A DNA stretch of 64,000 nt from Candidatus Delongbacteria bacterium (GTDB taxonomy: Bacteria; CAIWAD01), in the NCBI GenBank assembly GCA_963663545.1, contig OY760505.1, positions 1,728,001-1,792,000 on the forward strand, in the 5' to 3' direction. The notes under the pieces are model-generated. The model was not told where the DNA came from. It was given only the letters and a program-made list of their open reading frames with translations, and ran no database searches. Position numbers and translations under genes: made by a program. Below are positions 25,200 through 35,131 of the stretch, in pieces. Every line of letters begins with the position of its first letter. Position 1 is the first letter of the stretch.

Positions 25200-26213
25200 A
25201 TGCACGCCATTACGAGCATCTTTGAAGAGTTGGTCAGCATTCCCAGCCCAACCGGATACACACACAAGATCATCAAGCATCTGAGCGAGCGTTTTCAAAA
25301 GGCGGGCATTCGCACGCGACTCACTCACAAGGGTGCACTATTGGCAGGAAACGTCGACGATCCAAGCCTTGTGATTTCTGCCCATGTGGACACCTTGGGA
25401 GCCATGGTTTCATCACTCGCTGGCGGAACCATTCGTGTAACACAATTAGGGGGTTGGCCTATTACAAGCTTCGAAGGCGAATACCTAACTCTGCTCACCA
25501 TGGATGGTCTTAGTTACCGCGGCAGTTTTCTACTGGACAACCCTGCCGCTCACGTGAACAACGAAGTGAATTCAACAACGCGCACTCTGAAGAACACGCA
25601 TGTTCGTCTAGATGTGGAAGCGCGTAGCGAGGCAGAGTTGAAGCAGCTTGGCGTTGCTGTTGGCGATATCATCTGTTTTGATCCGCGTTTCGAGCGCACC
25701 AATACTGGCTTCGTGCGCAGTCGTTTTCTAGACGACAAGGCAGGCTGTTCCTGCCTCGTTCACGTGGCCGAGATTTTCGGGCCGGAAATCTGTGATCTAC
25801 CAGTAGCCTTCTATTTCTCGAACTACGAAGAGGTCGGCCATGGTGCCGCAGGCGGACTTCCGGCTAGTACCCGCGATCTACTTGCCGTTGACATGGGTGT
25901 TGTTGGTAATGGAGTTGCGGGTGATGAGCTCAACGTGTCCATATGCGCCAAGGACAGCAGCGGACCGTACGATTACGACTTCCGTCGAGAACTCACGCTA
26001 TTGGCCCAGCAGAAGGACATCGCACACCGGGTAGATGTGTTCCCGTACTACGGCAGTGATGGAAGCGCTGCCTTGAAAGCCGGCTGGGAAATCCGTGTCG
26101 GTCTCATTGGTCCTGGTGTCAGTGCATCACACGGTGTTGAACGCACACACGAGAAGGCCCTGGTAGCAACGGCGAGACTGATAGAAGAGCTCATTCGCAA
26201 GCGCTTCTCCTGA
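25200..26213 (+). CDS. M42 family metallopeptidase
   Basis: IPSPTG, AHVDTLG, LDDKAG, EEVG and HGVERTH motifs. Confidence 0.9.
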   Translation: MHAITSIFEELVSIPSPTGYTHKIIKHLSERFQKAGIRTRLTHKGALLAGNVDDPSLVISAHVDTLGAMVSSLAGGTIRVTQLGGWPITSFEGEYLTLLTMDGLSYRGSFLLDNPAAHVNNEVNSTTRTLKNTHVRLDVEARSEAELKQLGVAVGDIICFDPRFERTNTGFVRSRFLDDKAGCSCLVHVAEIFGPEICDLPVAFYFSNYEEVGHGAAGGLPASTRDLLAVDMGVVGNGVAGDELNVSICAKDSSGPYDYDFRRELTLLAQQKDIAHRVDVFPYYGSDGSAALKAGWEIRVGLIGPGVSASHGVERTHEKALVATARLIEELIRKRFS

Positions 26214-26237
26214 TATACCACTTTGTATCACGAACAT

Positions 26238-26260
26238 GCCCCCGCGATGCGGGGGCTTTC
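26238..26260. terminator. Terminator hairpin between convergent genes
   Basis: GCCCCCGC-GAT-GCGGGGGC-TTT. Confidence 0.7.
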
Positions 26261-26265
26261 CTTCT

Positions 26266-28548
26266 CTACTCCACCGGAAGTATCCGGTATGAAGTTGGCC
26301 CAAGCACCGTTTGTATACGCGATCCATCCAGTGGCAATTCAAGGTCGACCTGGGCATCCCCATTCCCCTTGTTAAGAACGGTGACGGATGCGCTCAGACT
26401 CCCATCTGGCCTCTCCGCGCTACGATACCAGGCAATGACATCCTGATCTGCGTGTATCACAGCAAAATCACCACGACGCAACTCTACACGATCACGCCGA
26501 GTGTGCACGAGCCGTGATACAGCCCGAAGCATACCACGCTCGTCACTGCTTAAGTCATCGCCAAAGCGCATCATGCGGCGATTATCAGGATCGGATGATC
26601 CCGTCATGCCAATCTCGTCTCCGTAGTACAAGAAGGGGACTCCCGGCAGCGTCAGCATGTAGGCAAGATAAAACTCCGCCTTCTGGTAGCTATCCGCGTG
26701 ATCCACCTGTGGCGGATCTGTCCAGGCCAACTCCGCCAGATTAGCCCCATCCAAGGGTAGATCGCCATCGGCAAAACCCATGTAGCGCGCTTTGTCGTGG
26801 CTGTCCATCAAATTGCCCATCAGATGGTTGCGGCCGTAGTGTTCTAGGTTTTGCTCCAGCAACGCAGCCAGATCCACAAAGCTTGTGTTGGGTAACAGGA
26901 AGATTCGACGCGCCGGGTGAAAGAGATTGAAGTTGAACTGCGCATCCAGCACCGAGGGTCCAACATAGGACGAGATCAGCTCGTCGGATCCGAATGTCTC
27001 ACCAATCTGATAGCAATCGTCGTACACACCCTGCGCGCGCATTTTCTCCGTTAGGCGTTCCCAGAAACAGCGTGGCACGTGCTTCACGGCGTCATGCCGG
27101 AATCCATCCAGGTGATACTCGCCAAGCCACCAGAGAGCGTCATCGGTAAAGGCCTCCAAAGCCTCAGGGCTGTTGCTGTAATCCACATCCGGCATGTAAG
27201 GCTCAAACCAGGTGGTCAGTCGATGTTCGTCCCAGCTGCGCAGGTTCAAGCTTCCGTCGGGCAGCTCAAGTCTTCCGAACCAGTCAGGATGCGCTTTGAA
27301 GTACTCGTGTTCCTCGTGAACATGGTTGGCCACTAGATCAAGCAGCACTCGCATGTTGCGACTGTGCGCCTCGCTCACCAGAGTTTTGAACTCGTCCGTG
27401 TTTCCAAATCGCGCTTCCATCCCGCGCGCTGAAACAGGCCAATACCCGTGATAGCCCGTGTACCAACGATGGGGCTCCGGGTACTCCTGCCACGCCTTGT
27501 CCGTCGAACGGTTCAGCGGATACATCCAGAATGCGTTGACACCCAATCTGTCGAAATATCCCTCGCGCAACTTCTGTGTCACACCAGCCAGGTCGCCCCC
27601 ATGCCAGTTGGCAGGTGAAAGCAAATCAGGATGTATCACCGGATTGTCATTGTTTGTATCACCATTGGAGAAACGATCCGGCATCAGCGAATAGACAACG
27701 GCATCCTGCCAATGAAAAGCAGGATCAAGCAACGAGGTCTGCAGCGGCGATCCACGGCCCGCAAGCGAAACAGCTACGCGCAGGCTTTTCCGATCAAGGT
27801 TGTCCGCCTTGACAACCAGTGTATCACCAGACCAGTGAATGGAAGACGTAGGCACCTGCGAATTGTCAAGCAGTGCAAACACCTCACACTTTTGTGCTAC
27901 ACCTTTTGCGGGTCGCACGAAGCTGCCCAGCTCCTCTCCCGTCAGGCGAAGCAGATAGCGTAACTCGTTTTGTGTGCCACCAAGGCGCAGAAGTTGCGGA
28001 AGCCCTGAACTGGAATCCCGGATGCTGTAGAGGCTGTTCCATCCTCCCAAGCCGTTTCCGACGGAATCGGGATTGGCAGGGTCTCGCATTTCCGTGTCAC
28101 CGACCTTCATCAGATACTCATGTTCACCCGGCCCCAACAGAATGCTGCAAGTGTAGGTGCCCGGCGTCGTCTCACGCATTGGGTGAGACTCGCGATTCCA
28201 GCCGTTGAAATTCCCGAAGAGAAACACATCCTGGCGACCAGGTTGTCCTACATAGTTGAAAGGGATGAGCCTTTTGTGCGACGTCCGCACCAGCAAATCG
28301 CCAGCCGTTGTTTGTATCACATCCCAGGGGAACGCCTGGTGAGCGACCAGCGTCAGTTGCCCTGTACTCAGTTCAGCATCTAGCTGTTGTGACACAGGAA
28401 GCACCAGCTCAGCATCTGCGGCAAGCCCCAAGTCCACAAGTGCCAACTCTTGTGTCACCTGCGGGTCAAGGGTAACAACGGGACAAGGGGTATCAGCCGC
28501 GTTGGCCAACGGTGCCAGCACACAAAGGAGAAGGAACAGACGGATCAT
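26266..28548 (-). CDS. Secreted GH13 alpha-amylase-family enzyme with a CBM48-like domain
   Basis: Signal peptide; GNFNGW; DRFSNGD, YHGYW, DLVANH, DGFRHDAVKH, GE and SHD motifs. Confidence 0.9.
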   Translation of the reverse strand: MIRLFLLLCVLAPLANAADTPCPVVTLDPQVTQELALVDLGLAADAELVLPVSQQLDAELSTGQLTLVAHQAFPWDVIQTTAGDLLVRTSHKRLIPFNYVGQPGRQDVFLFGNFNGWNRESHPMRETTPGTYTCSILLGPGEHEYLMKVGDTEMRDPANPDSVGNGLGGWNSLYSIRDSSSGLPQLLRLGGTQNELRYLLRLTGEELGSFVRPAKGVAQKCEVFALLDNSQVPTSSIHWSGDTLVVKADNLDRKSLRVAVSLAGRGSPLQTSLLDPAFHWQDAVVYSLMPDRFSNGDTNNDNPVIHPDLLSPANWHGGDLAGVTQKLREGYFDRLGVNAFWMYPLNRSTDKAWQEYPEPHRWYTGYHGYWPVSARGMEARFGNTDEFKTLVSEAHSRNMRVLLDLVANHVHEEHEYFKAHPDWFGRLELPDGSLNLRSWDEHRLTTWFEPYMPDVDYSNSPEALEAFTDDALWWLGEYHLDGFRHDAVKHVPRCFWERLTEKMRAQGVYDDCYQIGETFGSDELISSYVGPSVLDAQFNFNLFHPARRIFLLPNTSFVDLAALLEQNLEHYGRNHLMGNLMDSHDKARYMGFADGDLPLDGANLAELAWTDPPQVDHADSYQKAEFYLAYMLTLPGVPFLYYGDEIGMTGSSDPDNRRMMRFGDDLSSDERGMLRAVSRLVHTRRDRVELRRGDFAVIHADQDVIAWYRSAERPDGSLSASVTVLNKGNGDAQVDLELPLDGSRIQTVLGPTSYRILPVE

Positions 28549-28988
28549 GTATCACCTCAGGTTCAGTGGAGTTTCAAACAGCTTCGCAAGCTTCGCGAAA
28601 AATAGCCAGCGCTTTGTCGCTGCGCCCTGGGCATTGCTTTGGCCAAGAATCTTGGCCGAGCGAAGACATCCAGGAGAAATAGCGCGCGGCGCTCAGGGGA
28701 AGCGCCGCGCTAGCAATCAGGAGGAGGTATGAGATGCGCCCCAGGGGAGGGCACATGTACTGGCTACTTGCATCAACCATGCCAAGGATGACGCACTTCA
28801 AAATGCGCTGATTCTATTGGTCTTGCCCTAAATTCCATGGCCTTCATACAGGAACGCACCACACTATTCCGGGGCAAATCAACCACACTTCGCGGCTCAT
28901 CTCAACAGTCAGTTTCCTTCGCTCATGCTACATTGGGCGCTCAATGCTTCGGGATGGGAAGCAGCCATCATTCTAGTTGAGGTACGTC

Positions 28989-30443
<1,455 letters not shown>

Positions 30444-30475
30444 TCCAGGCGAATTCAATTCTATCGGAGGACCAG

Positions 30476-31435
30476 ATGATAGCCAACGACCAGCTGCGGG
30501 CCCAGATCCCCAACTCCCTTGATCAGGTGGACCTGGAACTGCCGGGCGAGCGCAACATCGGCAAGGTGCGTGAAGCCTGGGCGCGTGAAGGGCGCCGTCT
30601 GATCGTAACCACCGATCGTGTCAGCGCCTTCGATCGCGTGTTGACGACGATTCCCTTCAAAGGCCAGGTGCTCAATCAAGTGGCCGCTTTCTGGTTTGAG
30701 CAGACAATTGACATCGTGCCCAATCACGTTGTTTCGGTGCCCGACCCGAACGCGATGGTGGTGCGCGATCTCGAGCCGATTCTGGTTGAGATGGTGGTTC
30801 GCGGCTATCTGACAGGACAGTCCAATACAAGTGCGTGGACCCACTACGAGCGCGGCGTGCGCGAGTTCTGCGGCAACCAACTGCCTGATGGCATGCGCAA
30901 GGATCAGGCTTTTGCCAGCCCCATTGTTACACCATCGACCAAGGCAGCCATTGGCGAACACGACGAGAGTGTTTCCGCCGACGAAATCGTCCGACGTGGA
31001 ATTGTATCACGCGACATCATGAATGAGCTGGTGGATATTAGCCTTCGCCTTTTTGCGCGCGGCCAGGAAGTTGCCGCACGGCAGGGAATTCTACTGGTGG
31101 ACACCAAGTACGAGTTCGGCCTGGACGGTGATCGTATTGTGCTGATGGATGAGATCCATACGCCCGATAGTAGCCGTTTCTGGTACGCCGACGAATACCA
31201 GCGCCGTTTTGAGGCAGGCGAAGAGCAGAAGCGCATCGACAAAGACTACATCCGCAATTGGCTCAAGGAGCGCGGTTTTGTCGGTGACGGAGTGGCGCCC
31301 GTAATTCCGGATGAAGTGCGACTGGAAGCTGCACGCCGCTACATTGAGGCCTTTGAAGTCATTACAGGACAGGAATTCAAGCCGGCGGCGGGCAATGTAC
31401 TGCAGCGTCTGAGGACTTCGCTTCAAAGCTATTAA
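30476..31435 (+). CDS. purC: SAICAR synthase
   Basis: GKVRE, TDRVSAFD, VVRGYLTG, TPSTKA, DTKYEFG and DEIHTPDSSRFW motifs. Confidence 0.96.
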   Translation: MIANDQLRAQIPNSLDQVDLELPGERNIGKVREAWAREGRRLIVTTDRVSAFDRVLTTIPFKGQVLNQVAAFWFEQTIDIVPNHVVSVPDPNAMVVRDLEPILVEMVVRGYLTGQSNTSAWTHYERGVREFCGNQLPDGMRKDQAFASPIVTPSTKAAIGEHDESVSADEIVRRGIVSRDIMNELVDISLRLFARGQEVAARQGILLVDTKYEFGLDGDRIVLMDEIHTPDSSRFWYADEYQRRFEAGEEQKRIDKDYIRNWLKERGFVGDGVAPVIPDEVRLEAARRYIEAFEVITGQEFKPAAGNVLQRLRTSLQSY

Positions 31436-31460
31436 GCCAGACGAGACCCAAAGAAACGAC

Positions 31461-31486
31461 AACAGGGCAGGTTTTCCTGCCCTGTT
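31461..31486. terminator. Terminator hairpin
   Basis: AACAGGGCAGG-TTTT-CCTGCCCTGTT. Confidence 0.75.
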
Positions 31487-31576
31487 CTATTGCTGTCGCA
31501 TGGGAGACGAACCATGTCCTTCAAAATTCCGCTGATAAAGGTACTTGGTAACATGCGGCCAGCACGCGAACCAGTG

Positions 31577-31852
31577 CTAGATGCTTGAGCTGACCAGCAT
31601 CAGGCGTCCACTCAACTGATTCAGAATATTCTGCACATCACCCAGGGTGATCCTGTGCACGTTCACATTGTCCTCCCGCTCATGACGGGCGACGCGCGCC
31701 GTGTCTTCGCCGGGCTGCCAGGTGCTGACGAGATCATGCGGGCTAAGGCTGCGATGATGATGCATGGTAGCCTGGGCCGTCTCTTCGATGCCAATGCGCA
31801 CGATTGCACCCTGACTCTGCCTGGCGGTTCCGTGGGTCAGTCCGCTAAACAT
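31577..31852 (-). CDS. Small hypothetical protein, possibly degenerate NifB/NifX-like
   Basis: SD AAGGAG before the ATG at 31852; follows DUF134; weak resemblance to the NifX-family C-terminal half. Confidence 0.45.
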   Translation of the reverse strand: MFSGLTHGTARQSQGAIVRIGIEETAQATMHHHRSLSPHDLVSTWQPGEDTARVARHEREDNVNVHRITLGDVQNILNQLSGRLMLVSSSI

Positions 31853-31865
31853 CGTACTACTCCTT

Positions 31866-32279
31866 CTATTGGGACGTTGGTGCCACGTCGTCGCACCGCG
31901 AAGGACCACACTCCCGGCAGCTTATGCTACCATCGGCTTCTTCTTCCAGCAGTGCGCCGCATTCCTGACACCGTTGCAGGGGATGGATAAATTCACAGTG
32001 GCCGCCCGTGATGAAAAGCTCGCGTCCTTCAATAAGCATGCGCGCTACTTTATTCCGCGCCTTCATCACCAGTCGACTGAACGTGGGACGGGAAATCTGC
32101 ATGCGACTGGCTGATTCCTGATGATCCAGCTGCAGCAGATCGGCGAGTCGGATCGCTTCGTACTCGTCCAGCGTGAGTCGCTCGCGATCCAGATCTCCCG
32201 GCGGAACATCCACCGGTCGAAAGTGGGTCACCTGCGGTGGACTCAGCACCAGACGCTTACGATAAGGACCGCGCACCAC
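31866..32279 (-). CDS. DUF134 DNA-binding protein with a C-terminal Zn ribbon
   Basis: LTLDEYEAIRLAD, MQISRPTFSR and CQEC...CREC motifs. Confidence 0.92.
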   Translation of the reverse strand: MVRGPYRKRLVLSPPQVTHFRPVDVPPGDLDRERLTLDEYEAIRLADLLQLDHQESASRMQISRPTFSRLVMKARNKVARMLIEGRELFITGGHCEFIHPLQRCQECGALLEEEADGSISCRECGPSRCDDVAPTSQ

Positions 32280-32289
32280 GCCTCCAAAC

Positions 32290-32364
32290 GATCATACGTT
32301 CATTTCGCCCTAACGGTAAAGAACATATGTTCATTTGGCAAGGAGATTTGAACATATGTGCAAA
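32290..32364. promoter_or_regulatory. Three GAACATATGTTC-type palindromes
   Basis: GATCATACGTTC (32290-32301), GAACATATGTTC (32321-32332), TTTGAACATATGTGCAAA (32347-32364). Confidence 0.7.
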
Positions 32365-32423
32365 AACACGGAATTCGGTACTTCCGTGCATGTAAGGGGT
32401 TCTAAGCGGGATTGTGTGCGAAA

Positions 32424-33578
32424 TCAGCGCCCCTGTCGCAGCTCCTTGACCGCGTTGACCATGGCGCTAGCCGCCAAGTCAATTTGTGCCGGTGTATTAG
32501 CCCACCCCACGGAGAGGCGCAGGCACTGAGCGGCTTCCTCGGCGCCAAGACCCATTGCCGTCAGGACATGCGAGGGTGTGCTACTGTCGGCGTGACACGC
32601 AGCACCCGCCGAGGCGCTGATTTCGAGTGCCACGGACAACAGATCTCCAGCACGTACGCCAGGAAAGCGCACATTAGCTGTATTCTCAAGACGTGTCACA
32701 TGGTCCGCGTGTACTACAAGATCGGGAATCCCGGCTCGCAGACGTGACACAAGCTGCTGTCGTAAAGCCGCGTACCCGGCCCGTAGTGTATCACCGCGTT
32801 CATGCAGTACGCGCGCCGCCACTCCCATGCCGACAAGCTCGAGTACATTTTCGGTGCCCGGGCGCAACCCGCGCTCGTGTCCTCCTCCATACATCAGCGG
32901 AGGCAGACTGAGGCCGTGGCGCATCCACAAAGCGCCAGTACCTTTTGGTGCGTTGAATTTGTGCGCCGCTACTGAGAGGAAGTCCACTCCCAACTCCGCA
33001 ACACGAAAGGCATGCTTTCCTACTGCCTGAGCAGCATCGGTGTGCACAAGCGCGTGACACTCCGGGTGCTCCTCGCGATACTCCCGGACGCGGTCGACGA
33101 TCTCTCGCAGCGGCTGAATGGTTCCGGTCTCATTGTTGGCCAGCATGACACTCACCAGCACGGTATCGGGACGCAGCGCGCGTGACACGTCTTCCGCAGA
33201 AACCAGCGCATTGCCGTCAACAGGAAGGTGTGTCACAGTAAAACCAAACTCCTTCAGCGCCTCCATCGGCTCCAGCACTGCCGGGTGTTCCACAGCCGAG
33301 CAGATCATATGCCCGCTCTTGCAGCGCCGTGCGACGCCTTGTATCACAATATTGTTGGCTTCGGTGCCTCCACCGGTGAAGCTTATCTCCTCGGCGTTGC
33401 CACCCAGCAATAGAGCCACTTCCTCACGTGCCTTGGCCACGGCTTCGCGACAGCGCAGGCCGTGAATGTGGCTACTGGACGGATTTCCCGTCTGGTCTTC
33501 GAGCCAGGGGCGCATAGCGGCAATTACTTCAGGCAGCAATGGTGTGGATGCGTTGTGATCCAGATAGATGATATCCAT
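32424..33578 (-). CDS. IscS/NifS-type cysteine desulfurase
   Basis: YLDHNASTP, ANNETG, HTDAAQ, AHKF, RPGTEN and SAGAACH motifs. Confidence 0.92.
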   Translation of the reverse strand: MDIIYLDHNASTPLLPEVIAAMRPWLEDQTGNPSSSHIHGLRCREAVAKAREEVALLLGGNAEEISFTGGGTEANNIVIQGVARRCKSGHMICSAVEHPAVLEPMEALKEFGFTVTHLPVDGNALVSAEDVSRALRPDTVLVSVMLANNETGTIQPLREIVDRVREYREEHPECHALVHTDAAQAVGKHAFRVAELGVDFLSVAAHKFNAPKGTGALWMRHGLSLPPLMYGGGHERGLRPGTENVLELVGMGVAARVLHERGDTLRAGYAALRQQLVSRLRAGIPDLVVHADHVTRLENTANVRFPGVRAGDLLSVALEISASAGAACHADSSTPSHVLTAMGLGAEEAAQCLRLSVGWANTPAQIDLAASAMVNAVKELRQGR

Positions 33579-33724
33579 GATTCTCTCCCGTCTGCGCCTA
33601 ACTTAACAGATCAACCTGCAAGTCCGCACAGCTTTCGGTGCAAACTCTCCCTCACTCTTGCCATGTTGCATGGCCCCGCACGTCCGGCACGGGCGAGCGG
33701 ACAGATCTTCAACAGGGGGATAGC

Positions 33725-34915
33725 ATGACTTTTGATTTGGAAGCCGTCCAACAGCAGCTTCGCGCAGAGGGCCTTGACGGATGGCTGCTCTATGTCTTCC
33801 GCGATCAAAACCCGATTTCGGTCAAGGTGTTGAATCTGCCCGCACACCAGGTTCGCACTCGTCGCTGTTTCTACTGGGTACCCTCTTCCGGCGAGCCAGT
33901 ACGCTTGCTGCATCGCATCGAACCCGCTACGCTTGCACACCTGCCCGGCCGTAGCTTCTTCTATCTGAGCTATCAAAGCCTCGCCGATAGCCTGGCGGTG
34001 TTGCTGGCTGATCGCGACAAGGTGGCCATGGAGTACAGCCCAAGCGCCTCCATTCCCACGGTCTCCACGGTGGATGCGGGAACCGTCGAGTTGGTGCGCG
34101 GTGCCGGAGTTGAGGTGAAATCCAGCGCCAATCTGGTGCAGTATTTTCAGGCGCGACTAAGCGCAGAGCAGGTTAAAGGCCACTTTGCCGCGGCGGCTGT
34201 TTGTCGAGAGGCTGCCCACGCAGCCTTTGCGGAAGTAGGGCGCCGTTTGCGCGCAGGCGAAAGTGTGCGCGAGAGCGAGATTCAAACCTTCCTGATGCAG
34301 CGCTTTGCCGATAAGGGGCTGATCACCGATCATCCGCCAATTGTCGCCAGCGGTGCTCACGCAGGTGATCCGCACTATGAGCCGGGCAAAGAAAGCGACG
34401 ACCGCATTTTGAAGGACCAGGTGTTGCTGATTGATCTGTGGGCAAAGCTGCGCAAGCCAGGCGCAGTTTATGCGGATCAGACCTGGATGGGCTTCGTCGG
34501 CAGGCACGTGCCCGAGCGCGTGCAACAAGTCTGGGAGATTGTGCGTGACGCGCGACGCGCCTCCTGGCGACTGATCGAAGAGCGCTGCGAACGACGTGAA
34601 CCGGTCTATGGCTGGGAAGGCGATCAGCAGGCACGAGATCACATTGAACAGGCAGGCTTCGGCGACGACTTCATTCATCGTACCGGCCATAGCATTGGCG
34701 AGCAGGATCACGGCAACGGCGCCAACCTGGACAATCTTGAAACTCGCGAGCTGCGCCGCTTGCTTCCAGGCACGCTATTCAGCATCGAACCGGGCATTTA
34801 TCTGCCTGAATTTGGTGTTCGAAGCGAGTTCAATGTTCTGATTGACGATGAATACGGTGTCCGCGTAGCTGAAGGAACGGATCAAGCGGAATTGATCATG
34901 GTGGATCCCGACTGA
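33725..34915 (+). CDS. M24 Xaa-Pro aminopeptidase family
   Basis: DPHY, LIDLWAK, YADQTW, HRTGHSIG, FSIEPGIY and GVRSE motifs; ATG at 33725 after GGGGGA. Confidence 0.9.
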   Translation: MTFDLEAVQQQLRAEGLDGWLLYVFRDQNPISVKVLNLPAHQVRTRRCFYWVPSSGEPVRLLHRIEPATLAHLPGRSFFYLSYQSLADSLAVLLADRDKVAMEYSPSASIPTVSTVDAGTVELVRGAGVEVKSSANLVQYFQARLSAEQVKGHFAAAAVCREAAHAAFAEVGRRLRAGESVRESEIQTFLMQRFADKGLITDHPPIVASGAHAGDPHYEPGKESDDRILKDQVLLIDLWAKLRKPGAVYADQTWMGFVGRHVPERVQQVWEIVRDARRASWRLIEERCERREPVYGWEGDQQARDHIEQAGFGDDFIHRTGHSIGEQDHGNGANLDNLETRELRRLLPGTLFSIEPGIYLPEFGVRSEFNVLIDDEYGVRVAEGTDQAELIMVDPD

Positions 34916-35131
34916 GGTCTGTCACGGGTTCACGGGCGCGCGTACAATTGTATGATCTTATGCTACATTCCTTGGCCGCGCGAGGAGGACTGGCTTACAA
35001 TGCGCACTCTACCGCGGACACACGCCCGGCAAGAGCCGGCACGATAGAAAACCGGGAGAATCCTATCGGTTCTTGCTCTGAATTGTAACGCCCCGAACCT
35101 GAGTAGGGCAGAATCCAAGTCAATAAGTCCT

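Noticed and set aside
28574..28801. 75-aa minus-strand ORF
   Set aside because: No SD or recognisable features; overlaps hairpin-rich intergenic DNA.
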